From Candidatus Bathyarchaeota archaeon (GTDB lineage Archaea; Thermoproteota; Bathyarchaeia; 40CM-2-53-6), in contig CAWHWX010000016.1 in NCBI GenBank assembly GCA_963833125.1, positions 128,001 to 192,000 of the forward strand: a stretch of DNA of 64,000 nucleotides, in the 5' to 3' direction. Positions 50,590 through 60,964 of the stretch are shown one piece after another. The translations under genes and the position numbers were made by a program. Each line of letters starts with the position of its first letter. Position 1 is the stretch's first letter. A model generated the notes under the pieces. It had not been told where the DNA came from. It worked only from the letters and a program-made list of their open reading frames with translations, and did no database searches.

Positions 50590-50985
50590 TCACTTTTGAG
50601 TACTCTGCACGAGGATCGCGTTTACAACCCCGTGTTGTCCAGGTCTCGAAGTGACGACTGCCTGACCAAGAGGTGTATCAAGAACTGCGCCTTTAGTAAT
50701 CACGCCACGACGCTGATAGTCGACGTTGGCTGGGTTCTTCACGACTCCTTGAATCTCTGTCTTCTGACTCTTACCAGTAGCCGGGTCGGTTATGTTAACA
50801 GTGTTAATTGCCAGAGCAGCCAGTTTTATTCTTCCGCCGCGACCCCTTCTTACCGAGAATCGTTTCTCCCCGACAATTGTTTGCGCTGGATCGCTACCCA
50901 TTTCAAACGCGCGCTTCCCGCGGAAGATGTGCTTCTTACCGCCACTCTTCTTTCTCTTGTGAAGGTCTCCATGCCATTGGGGCAT
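50590..50985 (-). CDS. rps8e: 30S ribosomal protein S8e
   Basis: RKKSGG, RGRGG, ITKGA and TSRPGQHGVVNA. Confidence 0.97.
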   Translation of the reverse strand: MPQWHGDLHKRKKSGGKKHIFRGKRAFEMGSDPAQTIVGEKRFSVRRGRGGRIKLAALAINTVNITDPATGKSQKTEIQGVVKNPANVDYQRRGVITKGAVLDTPLGQAVVTSRPGQHGVVNAILVQSTQK

Positions 50986-51095
50986 TCAAATTAACTCCTG
51001 ATCGGGATTTCGTCCACAGGCATGAGCGGTTCATTTAAGCATTGTGAGGTCGGGTTCTGGTACCTTAGCGTTTGTTAGATCTGGTCGTCTGCGCT

Positions 51096-51117
51096 GTTAC
51101 TTTTCGTTTGGTGGATT
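51096..51117 (-). repeat. Islet-terminal motif, copy B (AATCCACCAAACGAAAAGTAAC)
   Basis: Matches 7728..7750; continues AACAGCGC, resembling an IS6-type terminal repeat end (AACAGTGCC). Confidence 0.6.
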
Positions 51118-51520
51118 AGTTTGGGGCTTTGCGCCTGATTACGCCGTAGCCAATTATAGCGAAAGTCGCAAGCAAAGTTAGACCGAAGGGGTACTCAGGT
51201 ATCGGTGGAGCGGCTTGAATTGTAAAGTTTATGCAAACATCCTCAATTCCATTAAATGTGCTGTATTGACCCGCCGGTTGTCCGGGAACAGTCAACTGAC
51301 CACTTCCATTGCTGAAATTGCTGAAAATTGGTGCACCGGGACAGCTGAACCCGGAATAAACAGAGATACGAGAAGTGGGTGCAGTAGTGGTGACAGTGAA
51401 AGGGACTCCTGCTGTAGGTGATGATGGGGTTACAGTGAGGGCCCACGCAGGCTTCACACTAACAAACAACAGCCCTACGGCTAGGAGAACGAATAACCCA
51501 ACAAGTCGCCTACCCCACAA
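51116..51520 (-). CDS. Small secreted surface protein with PEF-CTERM-like sorting signal
   Basis: Signal peptide (...PAWA), Ig-like beta-rich body with 2 Cys, then IPEYP + TM helix + RRK. Confidence 0.8.
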   Translation of the reverse strand: MWGRRLVGLFVLLAVGLLFVSVKPAWALTVTPSSPTAGVPFTVTTTAPTSRISVYSGFSCPGAPIFSNFSNGSGQLTVPGQPAGQYSTFNGIEDVCINFTIQAAPPIPEYPFGLTLLATFAIIGYGVIRRKAPN

Positions 51521-51542
51521 TACACAAACCCGGACAACGCGC

Positions 51543-51842
51543 CTATTGCTGAGAATTTAAGAGTTGTCTACCTTTGCGGTTACGTACGCTCTGAATCAGG
51601 GACATGGTTCCCCAAAATCGGAGATTGTCCGCTCTTCGCTGATACTTCCACCAAAAGAGTAGATTCACCGTAAGAGCGAAGAGGGTAATGGCAGTTGAAA
51701 ATACAGCAAATTCGACAAATAGCTGTGGCACAGTTACAACTTGAAGATTCAGGAAGAGGTTGTAGTAAATTGCCGCATTTGCAAGCGTAACTACGAGTAT
51801 TACTCGCAGGAATAGATGTTGCTTGCTCGTTAATCCCTTCAT
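51543..51842 (-). CDS. Small two-TM membrane protein, paralog of 7104..7361
   Basis: MKGLTSKQHLFLRV...WWKYQRRADNLRFW. Confidence 0.75.
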   Translation of the reverse strand: MKGLTSKQHLFLRVILVVTLANAAIYYNLFLNLQVVTVPQLFVEFAVFSTAITLFALTVNLLFWWKYQRRADNLRFWGTMSLIQSVRNRKGRQLLNSQQ

Positions 51843-52119
51843 CCATCTCACACCCTTATCCGTACGTACGTGTCAGCAGGAGTTACGGGTTACCCTGAAT
51901 TCTTAGGATGAAAATTCAAGCCACCCGATAAGTTACCTGTGTACCTCTTTGTTGGAATATCGGACGGTGACCAATCTTTACTCGCTTGGTTTCTGATACA
52001 TTCTTCCGTATGCAAGACAAATACCTCAGCAAGAACACCCCAGCAATTTTCTCTTAAAATAAGAGATGCTTTGTGACGGGAGAGAAACGAATGAAGTTGA
52101 GAGCTGATCGAGTTTGGGT

Positions 52120-52257
52120 CGCGTTCTGAATCAATGTAAGCCACTTGTTCTCACCTTGAACATCAATTCCCGCTAAGTCGACGGGAGTCCTGCCGTCTAA
52201 GCCCATGTGTGGACGAATATAGTTATGGAATATCTGATAGCCTGTTAGGATTGGGTA
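52120..52257 (-). mobile_element. 3'-terminal remnant of a DDE (IS6/IS240-like) transposase overlapping the end of scpB
   Basis: PILTGYQIFHNYIRPHMGLDGRTPVDLAGIDVQGENKWLTLIQNA (YN..RPH..L...TP integrase-core C-terminus). Confidence 0.85.
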
Positions 52258-52885
52258 CTTGCTCTGATTTTGAGATTGGCGCGGGATTTGATGTTTGGTC
52301 TTTCTTTGGTACTCGTTGCATCTTGATGTTGTCGAAGAGGTGTTCAAGTTGCTTCTTCTGAGCCTGGGGCTCTTGGCTTAGGTTGAAGTAATCCGCAAAG
52401 TTTGGAGTCGTGCGAAGAACTTTCGTTCGCCCTAATCTCTCCTCAGAAATCAGGCCTATCTCACGAAGCTGTTTCACGTGCGAGTAGGCTAGGTTGCCGC
52501 GGACTTTGGCGAGATACGATTGTGTAACTGGTTGTCGATAAGCGATGAATGATAGGGTCTTCATTGGGCCTGGTGTGAGCAGCTGCCTTGTGGCGAGGCG
52601 TTTGACATGGCGAACGTACTGGGGTTTGAGTTGCATGACGAACCTTCCGTCGCTTAATTCTAAGACTTCGAGGGCGCTGCCGTCTGCCCCGTACTTGGCC
52701 TTTAGCTGTCGAGCTAGCTCCTTGATTTTGTCTTCTGATCTGAACTCTACGACCGAGCCCAGCGTTTTTAGGTCCAAGGGTTTGCCCGTGACATAGAGCG
52801 CGGCTTCGATTAAAGCGACTTTCGTTCCAGCTTTCGGGATTGAAAGCTTAGGTTCTGGGGTGGGTATGGGTGTGGGTTCAGACAA
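52223..52885 (-). CDS. scpB: Condensin subunit ScpB
   Basis: IEAALY, TLSFIAYRQPVT..., VRG, GR....RTT..F.DYF. Confidence 0.95.
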   Translation of the reverse strand: MSEPTPIPTPEPKLSIPKAGTKVALIEAALYVTGKPLDLKTLGSVVEFRSEDKIKELARQLKAKYGADGSALEVLELSDGRFVMQLKPQYVRHVKRLATRQLLTPGPMKTLSFIAYRQPVTQSYLAKVRGNLAYSHVKQLREIGLISEERLGRTKVLRTTPNFADYFNLSQEPQAQKKQLEHLFDNIKMQRVPKKDQTSNPAPISKSEQVPNPNRLSDIP

Positions 52886-53549
52886 TTGGGGGCGAGACCT
52901 CGCCTAATCTTATGTATAAGTCAGGGTCGCCCTCGTTCTGCGTTAGGATGATCTTCTTTTGGTTCGCTAGAAACAGTAGCATGATGAAGATCCTCACGGC
53001 TTCCAAGAACGTCTGGCCCTCTACCACCTTTCTGAAGGAGAGAGGTGATCCCCTGATGCTGAGCTTGATCAAGTGGCCGTAGTAGGTTTCTATGTTCTCT
53101 TCAATGTTGGCTAGGAATTCGTCGAACTGTTCGAAGACCGATGGTGGGCTTAGAATGAAGGGTTTCTTCGCCAAGACTGCCTTTTCATTCGCTAGCACTT
53201 CTTGAAGCGTGCGTAGGATTTCTGCGACCGATGTGGAGGTGTATTCGAAGCGTAGGGGAAAGGGTAGCGGGGGTGGTATTTCCTCGTTTGGCCTGGGTGT
53301 TGGAGGTTTCGGTGGTTCCTCCATTTTGAGGACGAGTTCTGATTTCATTCGGTGAACTACTGACGATGAGAGTAAGGCGGTTCCCGAGGCGGAGAAGTCG
53401 ACGTATCCGCTCTTCTTCATCTCACCTAGGAAGGCGTTTAGAAGTTCCGTGATGTCCACATCCCAAGGTTTGATGCGGTGAAGCCTGAGCAGGTCGAACA
53501 GGATCAGGTAGGGTGGCCGGAGCCAGAATGGTTTACTTAGCTCTTCCAA
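52878..53549 (-). CDS. scpA: Kleisin ScpA
   Basis: PWDVDI, SGTALL.......KS and F..LLFLA...KI.L.Q. Confidence 0.9.
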   Translation of the reverse strand: MEELSKPFWLRPPYLILFDLLRLHRIKPWDVDITELLNAFLGEMKKSGYVDFSASGTALLSSSVVHRMKSELVLKMEEPPKPPTPRPNEEIPPPLPFPLRFEYTSTSVAEILRTLQEVLANEKAVLAKKPFILSPPSVFEQFDEFLANIEENIETYYGHLIKLSIRGSPLSFRKVVEGQTFLEAVRIFIMLLFLANQKKIILTQNEGDPDLYIRLGEVSPPIV

Positions 53550-56500
53550 CCGTCCTCACCTCTTGCATTGGTAGTCCGACGACCTGAGAAACTCCCTCTT
53601 GAATGAAGACGCCGTACACCGCGTCGGCGCGAGAAATTGTTACATCTTTCAGTGAAACGATTATGAATTGTGAGCCTTTCGACTTCGATTTCAAAAGTTC
53701 GGCAAGCTTCTGAGAGTTAACTACGTCGAGGTGCGCGTCAATTTCGTCCATCATATAGAACGGCATGGGATGGATGGCTTGAAGTGCTAGTATGAAGCAG
53801 ACTGTGCCTACAGATTTCTCTCCGCCGCTGGCGCTTCCGATCGTCATCTCAGTTTTGCCCGGAAATTGCAGCCTGATGTCGGCGCCTGCCTCGAACGGGT
53901 TCTCAGGGTTCTCAAGGAACATGCGTCCTGATCCGCTTGTGACCGTGGAGAAGATTTCATTGAATGAGGCACTGACCTGGTTGAATGCCTTCATGAATGC
54001 ATCCAGTTTCTGCCGGTCCAGTTCATTCATGAACCGTACGATGGAGAGTTTCTCTTTCTCTAACTCGTAGATCCTCGAGGCAAGGTGCTTGTAATTTTCC
54101 TTGACCTCGTCGTACTGCGAAGAGGCAAGTTCGTTTACGCCGCCTATTGACGCTAATTCTTTTTTGAGGACGGGTAGGGTCTTCTCCGCTCTTTCGAGTT
54201 CGGCGTCGGAGACCTCTGTTACCTCTGTGTAGCCCAACTCTTTCAGTTCGGCAAGATGGAAGTCAATCTGCATTTGCATATGCTTGTTTGAGGCTGTTGC
54301 GTCGGCGAATTTGCTATTCGCTGGGTCAAGTTCCTCAAGGATTTCAGTGATTTCTCCCTCTAACTTCCTGAGCTGTTGGTCGTACTCGTCGCGTTTCTTT
54401 TTCACTCCCGCTAACTCTCCGGAAAGCTGATCGCGGGTTGCGTTAGCCTCTTTGAGGTGGTCTTCGAACTTGGGGAGTTCAGTCTCGGTTTGGAGGAGTT
54501 CGTCGCTCAACTTTCTCAGTTGCTCGTCGATGCCGGTGATTTGTGTCTTCGTTTGGTCGGCTGTAGGTTCAATTGCGATGATCGTTGATGATAGCGCTTG
54601 CATGCGGCCTTCGGCTTCGATCCTTTGTCTTAGTAGGTCATTTGCTTCGCTGGTTAGTTTAGAATGTTCATTTTCCATTTCAAGTAGGGTTGTGGAGTGT
54701 GAGCGTATGCTCATGGAATCCCTGGAACTTTCATACGAAGACAAGGGAGTCTGCAGTTTCTCTTTCATCGCTTTGCTAGCTTCAAGAACGGTCTGTTCAG
54801 TTGCTATTTCGCGATCTAATTGCTCGATTCTAACAGCAGTTTCGTTGATTGTCTTGTGAGCTCGCTCTAGACTTTCTTTAACTGTTTCAATTTCTCTTTC
54901 TGTTAAGCGTGTTAGGTTGAGGCTCTGGGCTTTGTTCTTGCTTTGGTCTAGTACTTCTTGGTTGATTCTGGTGATTTCTTCTCTTGCTTTGAGTGTGAGT
55001 TTTTCGAGGGAAGATAGGGTGTTTTTGAGTTCGCTGACCGTCTTGCCGTTGAGCAGAAGTTTCGACATGTCAAGCGGTTGCCTAAAGTAACCCGTCTCCA
55101 TCGCGCCTCCCGGCTCGTATAGGTCGCCAGTTGCGGCTACCGCACGAATACCCTTCAGAGAGGCAAGGAATGCGGATTTCTGCGTGGTGGTTAGTACAGT
55201 GTCGCCGAAGACGTATTCGATCGCGGGCCGAATCAGGTCGTCAAACTCTAACTGTTCCGTCATAGGCCCAACAATTTCTCGAATTTGGTTGGGAATCAGC
55301 ATTTTCTTAGGCTTTTGAAGTCCATTTAGTGGAATTAGTTTGACGCGTCCGACCTTGGTCTTTTTCAGTACTTCAATGCAGTAGATCGCGGTTTCCATGT
55401 CCTTGACTACTATTGCCTTGAGCCAGCCGGCGGCTGCGGCTTCGACAGGTTTCAGGTCGCCCCTCTTCACTTTGATGAGGTCTGCGAGTCTTCCGTATAC
55501 GCCTGTGACGGTGCCTGCTTTCGCCATTTCTTCGATTAGTCGCAGGGCCTTGTCGTCTGACGCGAAATTTTGTGCTATGGTCCTCTGTGTATCGATTTCT
55601 GCTAGTGCTACGGTTGCTCGCTTGGCAACTTCATTTGCGTTCTCAATCTCTTTCGCTCGTTGCTCTTTTAGTGCAGTGTAGTCAGTTACTTTGTTCTCAG
55701 CCTCTGACGCTCGTTTCTCCTCGTGCTGCTTGGCTGTCTTGAGGTCATTTAGCCGATTGGTAACACCTTGTAAGATGTTTCCGTATTCTTCCTTTCGTGA
55801 TCTAAGCGTTTGGAGATGGTTGTTGAGGAGGTCAATTTTCGTTGCACTTGCCTTGATCTGGGAGTTGAACCGGAGGAGTCGGTTGTTTAACGTGCTTATC
55901 GTTCGTTCCAGATCCTCGGATTCCTTGTTCCTCTCGCCAAGGTTCTCTCGTACCCCTGTGAGTGCTTTGAAGGACGCATCTGCTAACGCCTGCTTTGCCT
56001 CTACCTCTTTCAGCAAAGATGCGTGCTGTGTTTCGAGCTGTTGCAGTTCCTTCCTAGAATTGGAGATTTTCTTGTCTATTTCTGCTGAGTTTTGTTCAAG
56101 TTCAAGTTTTTGTGCGTGCAATAATTTTGTATTAGATTGTATGGCGTCAGCTTGAGCTTGTAGTCGGGCGATTGTGGCATTTATGTCGCCCATTGCTCGT
56201 TGGACTTCAAGCAGTCTGCTGCTGCCTTTCTCCCCCACGGAGTCTTCATATTCTCTCTTTTCGGATTCGAGTTTTCCTCTCTCTTGGATTAGTTGGTCTC
56301 GTTTGGTTTTGAGGTCTTGGATCAGTTGTTGGCTTTGGGTTATTTCACCTTCTAAGTCCGTCGGCCTCGTGCTTCGCTTTGAGAATCTTATGCGAGATTG
56401 CCTTGGCTTGAAGTTCGTACATTTCATTTCTTATTTGGACAAACTTTAGGAAATCGTTGCGTTCCTTTTCAAGGGATTCAACTCGAAGCCGAACTTCTTC

Positions 56501-57085
56501 GATCTTTGCGGATGCGACTTGAAGGTTAACGTCGGCATTTTGTAACTCCGCTTGGGCAGAGGCCTTCTTTACATCATATACGGCTATCCCAATCATGTCT
56601 TCGATTATCTTGCGGCGTTCTTCGGCGGTCACTTCAGCAAGCCTGGTTATGGCGTGTTGTGGGACGATATTGTAGCCCGAGACTTGGATGTCTGCCGAGG
56701 AGAGGATGTCAGTCAACTGTTTTCTTGAAATCCTCCTTCCGTTTAGCCGGTAGATGCCCTCACCACCCCGACGGAATTCTCGAGAGATTGTTACGGCTTC
56801 GGCGTCGATGGGTATGCGTCTGTCGTGGTTGTCAAATTGTACCGCGACCCACGCTGAGCGTGTAGTGGCTGCTTGGGCGCCTTTGTGGATCAGGTCCCCT
56901 ATGGTTTCTCCTCTGAGCTCCTTGGGGCTAAGTTCGCCTAGGGCGAACTTTACGGAGTCTAGAATGTTGGATTTGCCGGATCCATTGGGTCCGGTTACTA
57001 TCGTAAGTCCTCGTTCGAGGTGGACGGTCGCCTTCTTTCCGAACGTCTTGAAGCCTCTGAGGTCGATTCTTTTGATGTATACCAA
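53533..57085 (-). CDS. smc: Chromosome segregation protein SMC (frameshift near 56420)
   Basis: GFKTF, GPNGSGKSN, hinge G.....GG, SGGEKS and MDEIDAHLD. Confidence 0.97.
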
Positions 57086-57305
57086 TGGTTGGTCGACTCG
57101 CCGCGGTGGATACGCGGGATTTTGCTACTTTGGCGACTGTCGTATTACCTCGGCTGCTAAGAAGGTGCGAAGATAAGGCTTGGTTACATTTTCATGATGA
57201 TTTGTATGGATAAGGCCGTGTCAACTTTGGCATGGTGCTGCTGCTGAAATCAAGTGTGAAACAGACAAGTTCGGGTAAACCAGACGCATCCGCCATATGA
57301 GGTTA

Positions 57306-57414
57306 CTAGGTAAGTTGCCGCTCCGCTATCCACCGTGGGGGCGTCCCATACCCAGCCTACGCGGCAAGCTAGGGGTGAAAGCGGATTTGTTCCTGGGGGA
57401 ACAAATCTTTCCGC
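57306..57414. other. GC-rich structured intergenic segment (two stem-loops)
   Basis: TTGCCGC(57315-21)/GCGGCAA(57361-67) helix; perfect 10-bp hairpin GATTTGTTCC-tggg-GGAACAAATC (57384-57407). Confidence 0.5.
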
Positions 57415-57436
57415 CTGGGAAGTATGTTACCCGGCC

Positions 57437-58219
57437 TTATGCGCCATACCTTCGCTTTCGGCGTTGGTATGTTCTTACGGCTCTCAATAGGTCGATTTTG
57501 CGGAATTCAGGCCAGTAGACGTCGAGGAAGACGAATTCGCTGTAGGCTGCTTGCCAGAGTAGGAAGCCGCTCAATCTTTCCTCGCCCGACGTTCGAATTA
57601 TCAGTTCAGGATAGGGGTTAGGTAGATACGATGTGTACAGGTATTTTCTGAACGTGTCCTCGTCGACTAGGTTCTCGTCTAATGCGCCGGTCTTGACTTC
57701 GTCAATTATTCGTTTGGCGGCGTCGACGATTTCTGCTCTTCCGCCGTAAGCTACGGCGATGTTCAGGTAGTGTTCGTCGTAGTCCGCCGTTACCTTCTCA
57801 ACTTCCGCCAAAGCACTTCTCAAAGTATCTGGGAGCAGTTCGAGTCGGCCAATCGCTTTTACGTGAACCCTGTTCGCGTGGATTCGCTTATCAGTTACCA
57901 GCTTACGGGATTCATCTTCGATCAGTTTCAGGATTGTACTAATTTCTTCCTTAGGCCTATGGAAGTTTTCCGTGGAGAAGACATAGAGAGTGACGGTTTT
58001 GATTCCGAGATCGAGGCACCATTCTAGAAAGTCCTCGCTAGTCTTCGCCCCGTAAAGATGGCCGTTTAACTTAGCCCCATACTTCTGGAATCCCCATCGC
58101 CTGTTACCATCAAGTATGATCCCAACATGCTCGGGCATTTCATCCGAGCTAACCTCGTCCTCCAACCATTTTTCATAGAAGGTATAGACACCAATAGCTT
58201 TGAGGAAGGTCGGCAGCAT
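57437..58219 (-). CDS. uppS: cis-prenyltransferase (UppS family)
   Basis: ILDGNRRW, FSTENF.R, YGGR.EI and IRTSGEERLSGFLLWQ. Confidence 0.97.
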   Translation of the reverse strand: MLPTFLKAIGVYTFYEKWLEDEVSSDEMPEHVGIILDGNRRWGFQKYGAKLNGHLYGAKTSEDFLEWCLDLGIKTVTLYVFSTENFHRPKEEISTILKLIEDESRKLVTDKRIHANRVHVKAIGRLELLPDTLRSALAEVEKVTADYDEHYLNIAVAYGGRAEIVDAAKRIIDEVKTGALDENLVDEDTFRKYLYTSYLPNPYPELIIRTSGEERLSGFLLWQAAYSEFVFLDVYWPEFRKIDLLRAVRTYQRRKRRYGA

Positions 58220-58222
58220 CGT

Positions 58223-58996
58223 TCACACCCGACCTTGACTAGTGGCCTTACCGCACATGCATGATCTTTCCTGCGGGATTCTTTCAACCGCGGTGCGAAT
58301 CACCTTTTGCATTGACGGCATTACTCCCTTTGCCACATTGAGAACTTCGATATGGGACAATCGCTCTTGCAAACCGGCCGCCTTGTTCGAAATGAAGCAT
58401 AGCGTTGAGTAGCAGATCTCGAGTTCCCTTGCCAAGAAGGCTTCTGGAGCCCCCGTCATACCGACTATATCCCCCCCGAGTTTACCGAGCATGCGGATCT
58501 CCGCCGGTGTCTCGTAACGTGGCCCTTCAGTTGCTGCAAGTATAGCCTTGGAGTGAGGTTCAACTCCGATTTCCCTGCAACAGTCGCTTAAGATGTTGCG
58601 CAGTTCGGGGCAATATGGTTCTGTCACGTCTATGTGGGTCACGGGAGCGGCATCAAAATAAGTGCCATTTCGTGACTTCGTCATGTCCAAAATGTCGGAC
58701 GGGATGGCCAAATCGCCGGGATTGTAGGCGGTGTTGATTGCGCCTACGGCGTTTGTCGCTATGATGCGTTCTACGCCGACTTGCTTAAGCGAATGGAGAT
58801 TCGCTCTGTAGTTTATTTTGTGTGGAGGGAGGTCATGCTTCGGTCCATGTCGGGGCAGAAAGGCCACCTCTTCTCGTCCCATTACTCCTACCGAGATTGG
58901 GGGCGCTGCGCCGTAGGGTGTCTCGAGGCGAACTATTTTTGATCCTTGTAGGAGGTCTTCTAGTCCGCTGCCCCCAATGATTGCGATTCTTGGCAA
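58223..58996 (-). CDS. 5'-methylthioadenosine/methylthioinosine phosphorylase
   Basis: IIGGSG, RHG..H..PPH.INYRAN, EGPRYET.AE and VGMT. Confidence 0.93.
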   Translation of the reverse strand: MPRIAIIGGSGLEDLLQGSKIVRLETPYGAAPPISVGVMGREEVAFLPRHGPKHDLPPHKINYRANLHSLKQVGVERIIATNAVGAINTAYNPGDLAIPSDILDMTKSRNGTYFDAAPVTHIDVTEPYCPELRNILSDCCREIGVEPHSKAILAATEGPRYETPAEIRMLGKLGGDIVGMTGAPEAFLARELEICYSTLCFISNKAAGLQERLSHIEVLNVAKGVMPSMQKVIRTAVERIPQERSCMCGKATSQGRV

Positions 58997-59014
58997 TGTT
59001 ATTGCACGAATTTT

Positions 59015-59917
59015 CTAGTCTTCGTCAGTATCGGAAACTGAATCCTCCATCAACGCTTGGAATTCTTCGAACGACAACTTTCCACCTGTACGCATTTTTT
59101 CGGTCGCAGCCTCCTTGTATTTTGACTTCACTTTCTCTCCCTTCAACCTCGGCGACTGCGACTCCTTAGCTTCCCCTATCTTTGTTCGGAGCAGATCCAT
59201 GCGTTCCAGGTTTTCCCTAAGTTTGCTTACCTCCTCGCGACGTTCCTTATTCAGATCAAGGAATAGTGCGTGTTTCGAATCTGCTTCTTTCTTCTTTTCG
59301 ATGAGTTTCTTCGCTAGTTCGTACATTGATTTGTGAACTTTCTCGCTTTCCTCAGCTATTTTCATGAGTTCCGCGTGCGTTGCTTGGGCTTGGATCCTCA
59401 GGGCTCCGACTTCGACCCGTAACTGTACCAACTTGTCTTTGACATTTCTGAGACCCTTATGTTTCGCCAAATCCTTTTCCAAGACGCTAATCTTGGCAAT
59501 TATGTTCCTCTCAGTTTTCGGGGCCAAAGGATTCGTTTGAATGTACCAGTCAAGGCTGTTGATCTGGCGGTAGAGTTCGGATACACTACCTTTGATTTGC
59601 TCAGACATCAGGTGTGTTTGATCCAGAAGTTTTGTCAGAGATTCACGTTTCTCCACGGCTTGAGTTCTCAATTCGTCACGTTTCACCTTCAGGTCCTTAA
59701 CCCGTCCATTTAGGGCGTCCCGTTGCGACTTGAGTTTCTTTACCTCGCCAGATAACTTCTTGACTTCCGCATTCAACCCGTCTCGTTCGTCAGCGGTCTC
59801 ATCTATCCGTTTCCGAAGATTCGCAATGTCAGCTTTCCTAGCAGTATTCTTGGCCTTCAGTTCGTCGAGTTCACTGTAAAGGTTGTCGAGAGATGTTTGG
59901 ATTACTTCGGTACCCAT
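59015..59917 (-). CDS. Archaeal coiled-coil protein (COG1340-like)
   Basis: RD.LN repeats, W.IQT..L and C-terminal G.KLSFEEF. Confidence 0.85.
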   Translation of the reverse strand: MGTEVIQTSLDNLYSELDELKAKNTARKADIANLRKRIDETADERDGLNAEVKKLSGEVKKLKSQRDALNGRVKDLKVKRDELRTQAVEKRESLTKLLDQTHLMSEQIKGSVSELYRQINSLDWYIQTNPLAPKTERNIIAKISVLEKDLAKHKGLRNVKDKLVQLRVEVGALRIQAQATHAELMKIAEESEKVHKSMYELAKKLIEKKKEADSKHALFLDLNKERREEVSKLRENLERMDLLRTKIGEAKESQSPRLKGEKVKSKYKEAATEKMRTGGKLSFEEFQALMEDSVSDTDED

Positions 59918-60166
59918 TCAACGACGCCCTGCTAAGCGAAATGGGACACTAAGGTTCTGAATAATGAGGTGATCGGCCATGGGGGCAGGCGGCTGCAACC
60001 GGTCCGTTGGCAGTATTGCCAAGCATTCACTCAGTTGCGTTATAATGCAGTGGATGCTGCAGAAATTTACCGGGTTACTCGGTGAGTAAGTAGGTGTGGC
60101 GTAGGAGGTTTTCAATTTAAACCGCTGTCTGAGAGATGTTGGAAAGATCTTTTCGCACATATATAA

Positions 60167-60961
60167 TCAGTGGGATGGTGTCAATGATTGGGTTAGGACA
60201 ATTCTAGCGTCAACCACCGTAGCCCCTTTTCCGTATACCATGACGGGATTGAGGTCTATCTGCTGTATCGCTGGATTCTCAAGCAACATCCTCGAAGTGG
60301 CTTGAAGGATACCCGTTATCGCGGCTTCATCAGAGGGTGGTCGCCCCCTAACTCCTTGTAGTATGGGGTACGAGCGAATCTCTCTAATCATTTGTTGTGC
60401 ATCCAAATCGGTTATTGGCGCCACTCTGAAACTCGCGTCCTTTAATACCTCAACGAAAATCCCACCAAGCCCAAAGAGTACAGTTGGTCCGAATTGGTTG
60501 TCTCTGAGACCTCCAACGATCACTTCCACGCCCATGGGCGCCATGTGCTGTACTAGGACACCATCGATCCGGGCGTTCTCTTTGTATCCTCTTACGTTCG
60601 AGAGAAGTTGCTCGTATCCGGCTTTCACCTGTTCCTTCGAGTTCAGGCCCAAGATGACTCCGCCCGCCTCTGTCTTGTGCAATATGTCTGCAGAAATTAT
60701 CTTCAGTACAACAGGGAACGACACTTGGTCTGCAAGCGCTATGGCTTCAGAGGGAGTGTGGGCTACTCGAAACGCCGGAGTCGGAACGCCATAGGCAATG
60801 CAAATCTCTTTGGCCTCGGGTTCGAGCAAGGCTTGGCGATGTTGCTCTTGAGCACCGATGAAGATGCGCTCTGCGATCTCTTGGGCCAAGTTTTTTCCTT
60901 CGAACTTTGATCCGACACCTATTCCCCTACTATTTACCGTTCGTGGCCGGTTTCCCTCCAC
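60167..60961 (-). CDS. acdB: ADP-forming acyl-CoA synthetase beta subunit (ATP-grasp)
   Basis: PVVLKIIS..HKTEAGGV, FGP.VLFGLGGIFVEVLKD and DLNP. Confidence 0.94.
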   Translation of the reverse strand: MEGNRPRTVNSRGIGVGSKFEGKNLAQEIAERIFIGAQEQHRQALLEPEAKEICIAYGVPTPAFRVAHTPSEAIALADQVSFPVVLKIISADILHKTEAGGVILGLNSKEQVKAGYEQLLSNVRGYKENARIDGVLVQHMAPMGVEVIVGGLRDNQFGPTVLFGLGGIFVEVLKDASFRVAPITDLDAQQMIREIRSYPILQGVRGRPPSDEAAITGILQATSRMLLENPAIQQIDLNPVMVYGKGATVVDARIVLTQSLTPSH

Positions 60962-60964
60962 TTC

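Noticed and set aside
51581-51870. 8-bp direct repeat TACGTACG flanking the islet B membrane gene as a target-site duplication
   Set aside because: Low-complexity, self-complementary repeat that is not bordered by recognisable inverted repeats; too weak to call
59918-60160. 80-aa ORF containing HLIIQNL (transposase-end-like) and hairpin TTGGCA-gtat-TGCCAA
   Set aside because: Only ATTCAGAAC matches the remnant, the upstream RPH/TP motifs are absent, and no cargo or terminal motif is nearby; probably a promoter/leader region
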